From positions 1,760,001 through 1,824,000 of the forward strand of contig OY771555.1 in NCBI GenBank assembly GCA_963674785.1: a DNA stretch of 64,000 nt, written 5' to 3'. Positions 63,414 through 64,000 of the stretch are shown here, piece after piece (the first letter of the stretch is position 1; each line of letters starts with the position of its first letter). The stretch comes from Caldisericia bacterium (GTDB lineage: Bacteria > Caldisericota > Caldisericia > JAAYUI01). The position numbers were made by a program, and so were the translations under genes. The notes beneath the pieces were generated by a model, which saw only the letters and a list, made by a program, of their open reading frames with translations, did no database searches and was not told where the DNA came from.

Positions 63414-63536
63414 ATTATCATTCTATACTATAAAGTCAACGCTTCACTCAACACACGCTTTAAAAGAACTCTGTTTAACTGGACTATCCAACGCAACCAG
63501 ATATAATAACAACCAAAACTGTCAAAGGAGTGCTAC

Positions 63537-63974
63537 ATGTACACAATCGGTGCATTTGCAATAATCCAAAATGAAAAAGGGGAAGTATTACTTTGCCATC
63601 GACGAGACATGGACATCTGGAATCAGCCTGGAGGAAGAGTTGAGGTTGGAGAATCACCCTGGGCAGCTGTAATTCGAGAAGCCAAAGAGGAAACCGGACT
63701 CGATGTAAAAATTGAAAAATTTTTGGGAGTTTTTTCAAAACCTGAAAAACCTGACATCGTCTTTTCTTTTTTATGTAAACCTGTTTCAGGTGAGTTGCTT
63801 CTAAACAGCGAAGCAAAAGAAATCAAATACTTCAGTTTTGATAACATCCCCAAAAACACACTTAAAAAACAAGTACTAAGGATCAGTAGGTATTTAAAAA
63901 ATCCGGATAAGATTACCCTTGTCGAGCAATATAATGATGGAAGAGAGATTGATTCAGAAAAATATTTCATCTGA
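63537..63974 (+). CDS. NUDIX hydrolase
   Basis: PGGRVEVGESPWAAVIREAKEETG Nudix box; AAGGAG SD. Confidence 0.93.
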   Translation: MYTIGAFAIIQNEKGEVLLCHRRDMDIWNQPGGRVEVGESPWAAVIREAKEETGLDVKIEKFLGVFSKPEKPDIVFSFLCKPVSGELLLNSEAKEIKYFSFDNIPKNTLKKQVLRISRYLKNPDKITLVEQYNDGREIDSEKYFI

Positions 63975-64000
63975 TTATGGACGTTTCAATGTTTCGTTTT

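Overview
AT-rich bacterial chromosome segment, mostly housekeeping genes. Four large secreted proteins carrying copper-amine-oxidase-N-terminal-like ('stalk') domains suggest a Caldisericota-like anaerobe (inference). Contents in order: the 3' part of mutS2 heading a coupled run (DUF4388 protein, small GTPase, TPR-CofE-like ligase, tldD, pmbA, alr); uppP-recG-ABC-F; an SDR pseudogene beside tRNA-Asn; hpf-secA-prfB-selB-tRNA-Sec-trkA-trkA-trkH; three small monocistronic membrane-protein genes; ECF sigma-fabD; mglB-mglA; guaB; GH57; and a long minus-strand run from tRNA-Ala to rpe, with a TetR/RdhA-like module upstream. The strongest hidden signal is recoding. The ORF called at 7954 really starts at 7648 with a signal peptide and reads through an in-frame TGA (7789) in a UxxC thioredoxin motif, followed by a SECIS-like hairpin, so it is probably an unannotated surface selenoprotein. 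The Sec machinery genes selB and selC sit directly behind the frameshifted prfB. The first trkA is split by a -1 frameshift at an A7 run. No CRISPR array, rRNA or intact mobile element was seen. All calls come from reading motifs by eye; no searches were run.
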